35,156 nucleotides of DNA from a virus (lineage: Duplodnaviria > Caudoviricetes). The first letter of the stretch is position 1, and each line of letters starts with the position of its first letter. Positions 8,891 through 17,572 of this stretch are shown here, one piece after another. The stretch lies in IMG/VR virus record IMGVR_UViG_3300037467_001979, positions 1 through 35,156 of that record; one strand, written 5' to 3'. The notes below the pieces were generated by a model. The model searched no databases. It was not told the origin of the DNA and saw only the letters and a list, made by a program, of their open reading frames with translations. A program made the translations under genes and the position numbers.

Positions 8891-9256
8891 TCAATTGTTG
8901 ACGTCGAAGGACAGGGTGGTCTGCTGACCGGTGATCGCACTGGCGTACTCGATCGTGACCGAGACGCCGTTCGTGATGGGGATGACGGTGATCTTGGGCG
9001 CGGGCTGCCGGGCGACGGCTTCCTCGAGCGCGATCTGTGTCTTGATCACGCCCCGGATCGCATTGGCGTCGAGGAGGTCACCGATGCGCTGCGGCAGGCC
9101 GGCCCCATAATCGAGATGCCAGATGTAGCCTTTGACGGCCGTCATCAGTCGCCGGATGATCCGCTGCGTCGTGAGATCGTCGCCATCGACAAGCGCAAGA
9201 TCGCCCGCGGGGCTGACCGACAGGTCTTCCCCCCAGAAATGGTAGAGATCGGGCAT
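8891..9256 (-). CDS. Baseplate wedge/sheath initiator (gpW/gp25-like)
   Basis: QRIIRRLMT...YIWHLDYGAGL motif; lies between spike and J. Confidence 0.8.
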   Translation of the reverse strand: MPDLYHFWGEDLSVSPAGDLALVDGDDLTTQRIIRRLMTAVKGYIWHLDYGAGLPQRIGDLLDANAIRGVIKTQIALEEAVARQPAPKITVIPITNGVSVTIEYASAITGQQTTLSFDVNN

Positions 9257-9264
9257 TCATTGCC

Positions 9265-9807
9265 TCAGGAAGCTGGAGGCCCCGTATTGGCGGGCCCGGG
9301 CTGTACGGCGGTGTGCTCGTGATCGTGGCCGATGTTCACGCCCTCGTGGGTGAGCGTTCCGCCCTCGATCGCGACATTGCCGGAGAGCTTGATGTTCTGG
9401 CCGGAAAAGTTGAGGCCGGCCCCGCCGGTGATCCCAATGTTGCCGTCCTTGTCGATCTTGATCGTGACCCCTTTGGACTGGATCACCACCTCGCCGGACT
9501 CGGCGACAGGCGGCCTCTCCTTGTCGGAATGCACTCGGCCAAGATTGACTGGGCTTTCCAGGTCGCCGTCGATGAAGCCGACCATGATCTGATCGCCGGG
9601 CGTCGGGCCCGCTACGATGCCGAAACCGTTGCCGACGTGGGGCACCGAATGCGGAAACCATCCGGTTTCGAAGCCGTCGGGTTGGATCGTGGCCTTGATC
9701 GCATGACGCTGGGGGTCATAGCTCGTGATCGTGGCCGCTTTGATGCCGGAACGCCGCGCGAGATGCCGATCGATCTCCCGATGGAGATAATCCTGGAAAT
9801 CGCTCAT
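9265..9807 (-). CDS. Baseplate central spike (gpV-like)
   Basis: OB-fold N-terminus (ETGWFP, PTPGDQIMVGF) and C-terminal HDHEH metal-binding apex followed by TGPP. Confidence 0.88.
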   Translation of the reverse strand: MSDFQDYLHREIDRHLARRSGIKAATITSYDPQRHAIKATIQPDGFETGWFPHSVPHVGNGFGIVAGPTPGDQIMVGFIDGDLESPVNLGRVHSDKERPPVAESGEVVIQSKGVTIKIDKDGNIGITGGAGLNFSGQNIKLSGNVAIEGGTLTHEGVNIGHDHEHTAVQPGPANTGPPAS

Positions 9808-10841
9808 CCCTTCGACTTCCCTCGCTTCTTCGACTTCGCCTTGCAGTTGACTGACATCGTGTAGGGCTCACCCTGCTTCAGCCGGTGCCGCAGCGATTTC
9901 ATCTCGTACTGATGATCGTAGGCGGTGCCGGTCCCGCTGATTTCCAGCATGAAGCGCGGCGTCACCGTCGGATCGCCGGGCATCGTCACCGTGGGCCCGA
10001 CCTCGTGCTTGGTGGTCTTGTCGCACTGATCCTTGGCGCGGCGGTCTGCCTGATCGCGGGAGAGCCCGGGGTAGTGGTGCTGCCAGACGAGCTCGTCGCC
10101 GTCGCCCGGCTCGGTGAACTCGCCATCCTCTGACTCGGCCTTGCGATGGTTCCAGCTCTTCACCTTGTGTTTGACCGGCCTTCCCAGGGTGACACTGCGC
10201 TTGACCGAAAGCTTCACCGCATTGCTGTCGGCCGGGCTATCCGGCGTCGGCGGTCGATAGGTTACCTTCAAGACCGGCAGTTGCTCATCCGGCTTCTTGA
10301 AATAGACCTTGCCACCGGAGATGTAGGCCACCCGGCCGTGCTTGTCGGCCAGATCCTGGATCGACGACCAGTCGGAGATCCGGTGTTGGATCGCTGCATA
10401 GTCGATCTGGTAGATCTTGCCGGCTCGGTCGGTGACGTCATCGACGTCCGCCTCGAGGCCCGATTCCTTCGCGAGCTGCTGCACGATCTCGTGCGGCTTC
10501 TTGTTGTGGAACTTGGTCGAGGACTTCTTGTCGAGCAGCTTCGCAGCCTTGTCCCGGCCATTGAGGTTCAGGACGCCGGAATCGAAGTCGTGCTCGACGT
10601 CGTCGACGACACCATCGAAGAGCTTTACCGCACCCTGGCCAATGTCGACGTAGACCTGGACCTTGATGTCGGTGGCGCTCGACCACCAGTCCGCGTCGAG
10701 GCCTTCGGGGAGGTGCCAGAGCGGCGCCCGGGCGCTGAAGGTGTCGGACTTGCCGTCCCGGCTCTGATCAACATTGATCTCCTCGCATCGCATGGGCTGG
10801 CCGTTGACGACCAGATTGGCGCGCGGGGTGCGATAGGTCAT
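9804..10841 (-). CDS. Baseplate hub protein (gpD/late control D-like)
   Basis: SDTFS, LFDGVVDDV, GRDKAAKLLD, MPGDP motifs; ATGA-coupled on both sides. Confidence 0.8.
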   Translation of the reverse strand: MTYRTPRANLVVNGQPMRCEEINVDQSRDGKSDTFSARAPLWHLPEGLDADWWSSATDIKVQVYVDIGQGAVKLFDGVVDDVEHDFDSGVLNLNGRDKAAKLLDKKSSTKFHNKKPHEIVQQLAKESGLEADVDDVTDRAGKIYQIDYAAIQHRISDWSSIQDLADKHGRVAYISGGKVYFKKPDEQLPVLKVTYRPPTPDSPADSNAVKLSVKRSVTLGRPVKHKVKSWNHRKAESEDGEFTEPGDGDELVWQHHYPGLSRDQADRRAKDQCDKTTKHEVGPTVTMPGDPTVTPRFMLEISGTGTAYDHQYEMKSLRHRLKQGEPYTMSVNCKAKSKKRGKSKG

Positions 10842-11059
10842 GTCCAGAGAATTCCGCCATTGCCGGGCCTTATGCCCGACGGGATCTTGAGAGTGACGAC
10901 GCCGGTCAGAAACGGATCTCGAAGCCCATTAAGCTCCGCGATGTCGTTCCAGCGAGTGGCGTCGCCGAGCTGTTCGGCCGCGACCTGAAACAGGTTGCCG
11001 CCGGCGACGGTGACGACACGGCTCGTCAACGGCGACTGGATATTGTTGGCCTCAGGCAT
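10838..11059 (-). CDS. LysM-like / tail protein X (73 aa)
   Basis: GNLFQVAAEQLGDATRWNDIAELNGLRDP LysM-type motif. Confidence 0.85.
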   Translation of the reverse strand: MPEANNIQSPLTSRVVTVAGGNLFQVAAEQLGDATRWNDIAELNGLRDPFLTGVVTLKIPSGIRPGNGGILWT

Positions 11060-11062
11060 CGA

Positions 11063-11824
11063 TCAGGCTCCAGTCCCGGCGACATTGATCGCGATCCGCT
11101 CGACATAGGGAACGACGTCGAGGACGGCGCTTTCGTTCTGGATCGCCGACACCTGCCCAACCAGCCATGACGACATGACGTCGGGATCGGTGCCGGTCTC
11201 CATGCCTGGGGTGACGGCGATCGAAGCTTCGGCCACGTCCGCGGCGCTGGTCATCGTTCCCGCAGCGCCCGCCACAATGGAGTGGAAGGCAAGCAGTTCG
11301 GCGTTGCTGGACTGCGTCAGCCCGGTTGATGCTGTCATTGCTGCCTGTACCGTTCCCAGGGCAGCAGAAACCGCGGCAGGGGCGATCAGGGCCGCGCTAG
11401 CAGCCGAGCGAAGATCCGCCGTCACAAGGCCGTCCAGCGCGCCTGCGAGCCCACCCAGGGCATCGTCGGCGTCATCGGTGATGACCTCACAGGTGATGTC
11501 GTAGCTGACTTCGTAGAAGCGCTCGACGTCCGCCTTGAATTTGGTGATCACCACCGTCTTGAAGAAATCGAACCAGGATAGCTCGATCTGCGCGCCGGCG
11601 ATGCGCATCTGGTTCAAGGCCTGAGCGCGCGACAGAGCATCGGGGCCGCGGAAACGACCCTTCCACTCCATCGCGTCCGGAACGCCACCCATGGCATCGA
11701 AGACTCGCCGGCCGCCGATCAGCTTGTGAACGGGAAGCTCGTGCTTGCCGCCGAAGTTGATTTTTTCCGGTATCTCCCAGCCCTGGAGAACGAAAGGGCC
11801 GATGATGATCTGGGTGTCGGCCAT
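11063..11824 (-). CDS. Tail tube initiator (gpU-like position) protein
   Basis: Start [11 protein letters not shown]; [10 protein letters not shown]...VHKLIGG.R motif; first gene after the tape measure. Confidence 0.7.
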   Translation of the reverse strand: MADTQIIIGPFVLQGWEIPEKINFGGKHELPVHKLIGGRRVFDAMGGVPDAMEWKGRFRGPDALSRAQALNQMRIAGAQIELSWFDFFKTVVITKFKADVERFYEVSYDITCEVITDDADDALGGLAGALDGLVTADLRSAASAALIAPAAVSAALGTVQAAMTASTGLTQSSNAELLAFHSIVAGAAGTMTSAADVAEASIAVTPGMETGTDPDVMSSWLVGQVSAIQNESAVLDVVPYVERIAINVAGTGA

Positions 11825-11974
11825 CAAGCGATTCCGATGCTGCAGTGTTTCGAGAGCGTCCCGAAAGACGGCCATTTAGACGTCTTTGAACGGACGCATT
11901 GCCACCAATAGTGTTCCATGCGGGAAATTTGAGTTCCAAATATTATCTGTTTCCGATAAATATATATCCCGCCT

Positions 11975-12004
11975 TTGTCAGAGAAAGGTGTACACACTTA
12001 GTAT
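11975..12004 (+). promoter_or_regulatory. Candidate sigma70-type promoter for the plus-strand moron
   Basis: TTGTCA-N18-TAGTAT in an AT-rich stretch just upstream of RBS GAGGAGAGG and ATG 12031. Confidence 0.35.
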
Positions 12005-12030
12005 TAATTCAGCGAGAGAGGAGAGGTGTA

Positions 12031-12279
12031 ATGCGTATATTTTGTCTATGCGCAGCTTCTATATTAGCGCTGGCTCCTGGTGCGTCATTCGCTCAATGCG
12101 CGGCAAACGACACAATTTGCAAGCAGACGCAAGCAGACAAGGCAAACCAGGGGCAGCAGGATCAACAAAGAACTGACCAACTGAACAAGCAGAATGGTAC
12201 GAGCCAATATAGCGGCCCGAAGTGCTACCAAACTGAAAATGGCACCACCGTCTGTGGCTACCAAAAATCTACCCCCTAA
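12031..12279 (+). CDS. Small secreted Cys/Gln-rich protein (82 aa), moron
   Basis: Signal peptide MRIFCLCAASILALAPGASFA; mature part has 4 Cys; strong RBS; AT-richer than the flanks. Confidence 0.75.
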   Translation: MRIFCLCAASILALAPGASFAQCAANDTICKQTQADKANQGQQDQQRTDQLNKQNGTSQYSGPKCYQTENGTTVCGYQKSTP

Positions 12280-12330
12280 GCTGGGGGAACTGGGTCCACG
12301 ATCACCATCAATACAGACAGAGGGAAGCCA

Positions 12331-12723
12331 ATGACCCAGGCTATGAAACACACCTTTGCTAAAGTAAATTCAGCCAGAATTCTAACCGAGATCCTGGTGG
12401 GGATTCTTCTGGTGATGATTGTAAATTCCGCTCAAGCACAAGGTGAATTTACACAATGCAACGCGATATCACGCGGCGTGAACTGGAATATTGTGAACGG
12501 ATTTCCCAATCAGTCGGTGTGCTATGCGCTTTCAAAGCAATGTACCGGGGACCCGAACGTCGTATCTCACTACTACTATAATGCCGTCCTGATTCAGGCA
12601 CCTTACACCCGATGTGGCCAATACTATCAGGCGCCGCAAGCTCCTGCGCCTCGCCCAGCTCCCCCAAAGAATTCAGGACGGCCCTGCGGGTTCTTCATCG
12701 GTGGGTGGTGTCTATCCCACTAA
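12331..12723 (+). CDS. Secreted Cys-rich protein (130 aa), moron
   Basis: Hydrophobic segment ending SAQA; mature region with 6 Cys, a Pro-rich linker and C-terminal CGFFIGGWC. Confidence 0.7.
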   Translation: MTQAMKHTFAKVNSARILTEILVGILLVMIVNSAQAQGEFTQCNAISRGVNWNIVNGFPNQSVCYALSKQCTGDPNVVSHYYYNAVLIQAPYTRCGQYYQAPQAPAPRPAPPKNSGRPCGFFIGGWCLSH

Positions 12724-12738
12724 ATCCTAAAGTATTGA

Positions 12739-12768
12739 CCACTGCTCGCGCATTGATGCGAGCAGTGG
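12739..12768. terminator. Hairpin between the convergent moron and tape measure genes
   Basis: CCACTGCTCGC...GCGAGCAGTGG perfect 11-bp inverted repeat. Confidence 0.6.
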
Positions 12769-12778
12769 CGCTGTCGCT

Positions 12779-14791
12779 TCAATGCCCCCCATCTACCGCC
12801 GGCATCGTCGAGCCGGTATTCTGCGCGGGCGTGCTTGTTGCGAAGCCTGCCATTGCCTTCGTCACCACCGACATGATGTAGGCGTCGATGCTCTGGTTGC
12901 CGATCTGCACCTTCACCTGTGTCTGCTGGTTGACGTTGACCGGAGGCGGAGGAGGGGGCGTTACGGCACCGCCCATGCTCTGCATCCCGTTCCGCATGGC
13001 GTCGCGATCGAACCAGAACTTGGGGTCGCTATAGGCGCGGCGATACCATGGCGTCGGGCCGCCGGAATCCGGATTGAAGCCGCCTTCCGGCACGCCAGGC
13101 TCACCTTCAGCGAAGGGATTTCGCTTCCGGCCGCCAGGGGAAATACCACCTCGGCCGACAACATTGAGATTGCCGCCCCATTTCTTGGCAAGGTCTGCAA
13201 CGTCAGCGCTCCCACGAGAGAAGAACTGAAATGCTTCCCCCAGCAATGGAAGCACCGCGAGTGCCTTGAAGAACCCGCCAATGCCGCCTTCGGCGGAGGT
13301 TGCTGCAAGGCCGGGCACCCCCTTAGCGCCGAGGGCGACAGCTGCCTGCTGAAGCATGACGGCTGACGTATTCAGGGCCGTGGCGGACCCCATCAAGCCC
13401 CCCTTGCCAGTGAGGGTATTAAACAGCGCCATAGTCATTGCTGCCGTACCGCCGGCGGCCAAGGCTCCGCCCGCAATGGCAGCATCGGTACCGAGGTGCT
13501 TTACGATCTCGGGATGAGCGGATGCGATCGCCGTAATCGACTTCATGACGTTGGCGATTGCGTTCATCGCATTGATCGCTGGCTGGACCATCGGAGCACC
13601 GAACGACGTCAGCAGGTTGTCCCAGGCCGATTTGAAGTTGGCCATGGCAATCTTTGGGTCGTTTTTCAGCAGGGAGTCTGCGGCGTCGAGGCCCTGAGCC
13701 TGGCCGACAAGCTTCGAGTCCTTATCAATTCGGGAATGCTCGAGGAGAAGAGTAGCAATCGCCTGAGCCGACGTTCGGTTGCCGAACATGCCGCCCAGGA
13801 GGGCAATAGCGTCCTCGTCGCCGGGCCGTAGCTCGTGCCCGAGTTTCTTTTCCACCAGGGGCTTCAGGTAGTCTTGCGCCCACTTATAGGGGTTCTTAAT
13901 GAACTCGTCGGTGCCGACGATGGCGCCAGGGTTGAACCCCTTGGGGTTGCCCTGCTGGTTTTTGATGATCTTGCTCTCGTCTCCGATCAGGCCGATCTTT
14001 TGCATTTCTCCCAGCGAGCGGATGCTGACCTTGCCCTGAGCGAGAGTGCCAAAGAGGGACATCAAGGCCGTACCTGTCTGGGACGGCCCCATTTCCTGGA
14101 TCATTGACGGCAGGATGCGGGTGTAGAATTCCTCGTTCCAGCCCTTGGATGCCAGTCGGCCGTATTGCGTGGCCTGCATGAAAGCGCTGGGGTCGACTTT
14201 GCCGCCGGAAGCGGTGATCGCCTGCGTCATTCCGTTGAAATAGCGGATGAAGTCTGCGGGATCGGTGAGGCCCTTCAACTCGCCGGCCTTGGCCATGTTG
14301 TAGACCGCCTCGACGGCCTTATTGCCGGAACCTTCGGTCATCCCGTTCAGAACGACACGCATTTTCTCCAACGGATCGATGAAGTCCATGGCGTGGTCAG
14401 TCGAGCCGAACACCATGCGGGCCTCTTTGATATCCGCGAGAACATCGCTGACCTTCAAGCCATAGCGCCCTGCCAGTTCCCATGACTTCGCCGTTGCCTC
14501 TGCAACCTGCTGTTGGTTCTGGGTGGCTGCGGTGAGCTGCTGCTGGACATGGACGAGATCATTGCCGTGCTCGATCAACTTGCCCAGGCCGTCCAACAGG
14601 CCAACGCCAGCTCCTGTTGCTACCGCGCCGCCAAGGGCGAGCTTCATATTGGCGCCGAGCTTCTCCCACTTCGCCATGAGGGAGGTGGTTTTGTTGTCGA
14701 TGTCCAGCAGTTGGCTGGCGATACCGGCGAGGGCCGACGACATGTTGCCCGACAACGCAAGCTGAACGCCGATCTTGTAAACGTCAGACAT
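12779..14791 (-). CDS. Tape measure protein (670 aa)
   Basis: Longest tail gene, Ala/Gly-rich and helical, hydrophobic stretches; MSDVYKIGVQLAL start; lies upstream of the baseplate genes. Confidence 0.88.
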   Translation of the reverse strand: MSDVYKIGVQLALSGNMSSALAGIASQLLDIDNKTTSLMAKWEKLGANMKLALGGAVATGAGVGLLDGLGKLIEHGNDLVHVQQQLTAATQNQQQVAEATAKSWELAGRYGLKVSDVLADIKEARMVFGSTDHAMDFIDPLEKMRVVLNGMTEGSGNKAVEAVYNMAKAGELKGLTDPADFIRYFNGMTQAITASGGKVDPSAFMQATQYGRLASKGWNEEFYTRILPSMIQEMGPSQTGTALMSLFGTLAQGKVSIRSLGEMQKIGLIGDESKIIKNQQGNPKGFNPGAIVGTDEFIKNPYKWAQDYLKPLVEKKLGHELRPGDEDAIALLGGMFGNRTSAQAIATLLLEHSRIDKDSKLVGQAQGLDAADSLLKNDPKIAMANFKSAWDNLLTSFGAPMVQPAINAMNAIANVMKSITAIASAHPEIVKHLGTDAAIAGGALAAGGTAAMTMALFNTLTGKGGLMGSATALNTSAVMLQQAAVALGAKGVPGLAATSAEGGIGGFFKALAVLPLLGEAFQFFSRGSADVADLAKKWGGNLNVVGRGGISPGGRKRNPFAEGEPGVPEGGFNPDSGGPTPWYRRAYSDPKFWFDRDAMRNGMQSMGGAVTPPPPPPVNVNQQTQVKVQIGNQSIDAYIMSVVTKAMAGFATSTPAQNTGSTMPAVDGGH

Positions 14792-14808
14792 CAGCGTAGA
14801 ATCCAGCT

Positions 14809-15342
14809 ATGCGATTTTTCATTTCGAGACGCCTTCCCTTCGGCCTTCGAGCCGGGTTGAGCTTCCCTATGGGCGCCAGCGGTCCACGCCAGAGCCGTCG
14901 AGGCGGCACGACAATGGGAGCGGCAGGCATCGAATTCGTTTATGTGATCCAGGGCGATCACGGCCTGGTGAAGATCGGCGTCACCACCAACATGGATGCA
15001 CGCCTCGCGCAGTTGCGGACGGCATCAGCCTTTCCGCTACGCCCGACATATGCGCTGGCCGTACAGATCGATGCTCGCCAGATCGAGGGCGAGGTAAACC
15101 GCCGACTCGACGACCATCGCTGTTCTGGCGAGTGGTTCGATTGCCCACCTCAGGTGGCAGAGCGCACCATCAACGAGGTGGCGGCGGATTTCGGCATCCC
15201 GATCGCCACAACTGACAGCGAGACGTTTCGGCGTGGTCTCAATGCTCGACCTGCGCCCGATAGGATTGGCCCCGCGACGTGGACCTTTATTCTTTGCTCT
15301 GCGGCGGCTGGGGGGCTTGGGATGCTGTTTCTGCTTCAGTAG
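14809..15342 (+). CDS. GIY-YIG / T5orf172(MUG113)-type domain protein with C-terminal hydrophobic helix
   Basis: FVYVIQ...VKIGVT...RLAQL...IE...GEWF motifs; ends WTFILCSAAAGGLGMLFLLQ. Confidence 0.8.
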   Translation: MRFFISRRLPFGLRAGLSFPMGASGPRQSRRGGTTMGAAGIEFVYVIQGDHGLVKIGVTTNMDARLAQLRTASAFPLRPTYALAVQIDARQIEGEVNRRLDDHRCSGEWFDCPPQVAERTINEVAADFGIPIATTDSETFRRGLNARPAPDRIGPATWTFILCSAAAGGLGMLFLLQ

Positions 15343-15517
15343 CCTCGACCGGCTTTGGCTTAGACAGCAAGGCAATCAATATCCCGATGGGTCCAAGGAA
15401 TAATCCGGCCGCTCCCATATGGGAAAACTCGTAGCCCTTTTGCTTGCCGATATAGCCGGCAACAGCACAGCAAAGAACAGCCGCAATTACAACCAACGTC
15501 GGATCGACGCCATCCAT
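15287..15517 (-). CDS. Small two-helix membrane protein (76 aa)
   Basis: VAGYIGKQKG...GLFLGPIGILIALL pattern; GGAG RBS; follows the nuclease gene. Confidence 0.7.
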   Translation of the reverse strand: MDGVDPTLVVIAAVLCCAVAGYIGKQKGYEFSHMGAAGLFLGPIGILIALLSKPKPVEATEAETASQAPQPPQSKE

Positions 15518-15531
15518 GTGAGTTCTCCGCC

Positions 15532-16128
15532 CTATTGTGCGGAATATTGAGCCGATGGCGGTGATTTCGCAAGTGCCGGGCTAATCGGGCTGGCGTCCTG
15601 CGACGGCGCCTCATACGATCTCGACGCCTTGAGCCGCGTTTCCCAGTTCGCCGCGAACCTGAGAGCAACTGGCCGGCTGGAGATGACCAGCAGGTTTTCG
15701 GCGTTCCTGGTCTTGGCCGACTTCGTGAAATTGTAGCTTCCGGTCAGCACGCGCTCACGGTCGATGATCATCACCTTGTTGTGGGCGATGCCTGGGGTCG
15801 TATCGATCCAGACCGGGATGCCAGCATTTGAAAGATACGTTGCTGCGCTGTAGCGGCCGCGATCGTTGCTCTTGTCGAGGATGATGAGCACCTCGACGCC
15901 GCGGGCCGCCGCTTCCTTCACTGCCGAGATGATCGGGATCGATGTGAAGCCGTAGGCCTGCACCAGCACCTGGCGCTTTGCCCGTCCAATCTCACGGACA
16001 ATCGTGGCCTCGCAGTCCTCGCCAGGCGTGAAGCAAACCGACACAGCCGGCGGCGGTGCGCTGCGCGATGGCTCGGCCCAGGCGGGCGCCACGAATAGCA
16101 GGGAAAGAAGGGCGAGGGCGATCTTCAA
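15532..16128 (-). CDS. Secreted PLD-family (single HKD) Nuc-like endonuclease
   Basis: Signal peptide MKIALALLSLLFVAPAWA; VCFTPG, QAYGFTS, AHNKVMIID...TGSYNFT...NAENLL motifs; TTG start overlaps the upstream TGA. Confidence 0.9.
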   Translation of the reverse strand: MKIALALLSLLFVAPAWAEPSRSAPPPAVSVCFTPGEDCEATIVREIGRAKRQVLVQAYGFTSIPIISAVKEAAARGVEVLIILDKSNDRGRYSAATYLSNAGIPVWIDTTPGIAHNKVMIIDRERVLTGSYNFTKSAKTRNAENLLVISSRPVALRFAANWETRLKASRSYEAPSQDASPISPALAKSPPSAQYSAQ

Positions 16129-16550
16129 CGGAGGAGCCGAGTCATTGTCAGGTGACCATACACCGCATCGCCGATTGCTGCGACAACCTCCTTCTCCTTG
16201 TGCCGGGCAGCGCCGGCCAAGAAGGAGCGGGGAGGAATGCCGCGCGAGGTGCCGAGCTCCTGCCAGACAGCCTTGTCGTCGTTCGAGCCAATCCGGGCTT
16301 CCTTGTCGCCGACGCTGTGCTGGATGGATTCCCGCATCGCGCCAGTTTCGAGGAGGGGCGTGTTCGCGGACTTCTTCGCGAGCGTCGCCGGGGCAAGCTG
16401 GGGCCAGCCGTAGCGATATGTGCCGATAACCGACTTGGCTTCGGTCTCGACGATGACCGCCGCCTTCTCCAGGGCCTCATGCTCGGCGATGGTCATATCG
16501 GCCAGGGCCGTCAGGTGGGCCGCGAAGCCGGCTAGGGTGAACTCAGCCAT
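16125..16550 (-). CDS. HK97-gp10-like / virion morphogenesis protein
   Basis: WPQLAPAT, PLLETGAMRESI, AVWQELGTSRGIPPRSFL motifs; start MAEFTL at 16550. Confidence 0.8.
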   Translation of the reverse strand: MAEFTLAGFAAHLTALADMTIAEHEALEKAAVIVETEAKSVIGTYRYGWPQLAPATLAKKSANTPLLETGAMRESIQHSVGDKEARIGSNDDKAVWQELGTSRGIPPRSFLAGAARHKEKEVVAAIGDAVYGHLTMTRLLR

Positions 16551-16649
16551 AATAGATCTCATTGACCTCCAGCGATGAATTTCACGCATCGGTCACGCGG
16601 GGTTTCGTCAGAATTACTTCGTTAGAGTCGAAATTGCTGGGGTACCTCA

Positions 16650-16982
16650 ATGAATTTGCAAGTCGGAACGTACAAGGTGTCGTTTTCTTCGCCGATAGGC
16701 GAGGGTACGGGTGTCGTAATACTAGATGGTGGTAAAGCTCGCGGAGGCGACACCATGATGTTTTATTCGGGCCACTACTCCGAAGACGGCAGCAATTTCC
16801 GGGCCACCATAAGGGTGGGGAAGCACTCCAATGTGGCTGGCATGCAATCCGTCCTCGGGGTCGAAAATGGCGATATTGTATTGGAGGGGACTTCCGCAGG
16901 GTCGAGCGCTCAATGCACGGGTTGGCTCGTGACCAATCCAGGGGTCAAACTGAGGGTCGCCCTCACCCGGATAGCGGACTGA
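16650..16982 (+). CDS. GrlR-like small beta-barrel protein, moron
   Basis: G.Y.V.F.S..G.G.GVVILDGG..RGGD....YSG.Y pattern resembles the N-terminus of GrlR-family proteins (recognised by eye). Confidence 0.65.
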   Translation: MNLQVGTYKVSFSSPIGEGTGVVILDGGKARGGDTMMFYSGHYSEDGSNFRATIRVGKHSNVAGMQSVLGVENGDIVLEGTSAGSSAQCTGWLVTNPGVKLRVALTRIAD

Positions 16983-17009
16983 GCACTTCTGCGGAGCCGT
17001 GGATCTGTC

Positions 17010-17189
17010 TCAGCCACGCCGCGGCTCCCATTTCATTTCTTTCCAATTCCACTTGTTGCCATCGAATTCGCCGAGGACGACATAGTGGGCAAGGGCTTCG
17101 CTGGAGCTCAGGCTGAGTGCGACATCATAGGGGACGCCGTTCTTGACGAGGTAGAGCCTCATCCGGAAATCGCCGTCCCCCGCTATTCC
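17010..17189 (-). CDS. -1 frame extension (gpT part) of the tail assembly chaperone; not in ORF track
   Basis: The -1 frame reads GIAGDGDFRMRLYLVKNGVPYDVALSLSSSEALAHYVVLGEFDGNKWNWKEMKWEPRRG*, open from the slippery site to TGA at 17010. Confidence 0.75.
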   Translation of the reverse strand, partial: GIAGDGDFRMRLYLVKNGVPYDVALSLSSSEALAHYVVLGEFDGNKWNWKEMKWEPRRG

Positions 17190-17572
17190 CCCGCTTCGCC
17201 GGCGCCTTCTCCCTCGACCTGGAAGTTCTCGCGGATGGCATCGGCGACAGCCTCGGCGCCGTCGTCGTCGAGACGATCGATCAGCGCGTCGAACTGGAGT
17301 TCGGAGTTTGGAAGCCGGACTTCCTCGCCGTCGATGCTGCAGCAGGAGGCGGCAACGAACACCATGCCGAGGTACTGGCGCTTTTCGGCGGACTCGGCGG
17401 ACAGCGCCTTGAAGATCCGGCGACGCAGAGGCGTCGTGATCCTGCGGACGCCGAGGTTTCGGCCCCGGGCATCGGTCACATAGACGATGCGATTGGCTTC
17501 TTCGACGATCTGCTGCGACGGCGACTTGACCGTTGCCGCCTCTCGGACCGGGTTGAGTTTCACGGTTGCCAT
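17183..17572 (-). CDS. Tail assembly chaperone (gpG-like)
   Basis: Follows the tube gene (TGATG coupling); VTDARGR motif, acidic C-terminus; ends GCG GGG GAA TAG. Confidence 0.8.
   Translation of the reverse strand: MATVKLNPVREAATVKSPSQQIVEEANRIVYVTDARGRNLGVRRITTPLRRRIFKALSAESAEKRQYLGMVFVAASCCSIDGEEVRLPNSELQFDALIDRLDDDGAEAVADAIRENFQVEGEGAGEAGE
17186..17192 (-). promoter_or_regulatory. Programmed -1 frameshift slippery site GGGGGAA
   Basis: G GGG GAA immediately before the chaperone stop, with an open -1 frame downstream. Confidence 0.75.

Noticed and set aside
14809-15342. Homing endonuclease/intron interpretation of the GIY-YIG gene
   Set aside because: It does not interrupt a gene, has no DNA-binding C-terminal modules, and carries a hydrophobic tail instead.
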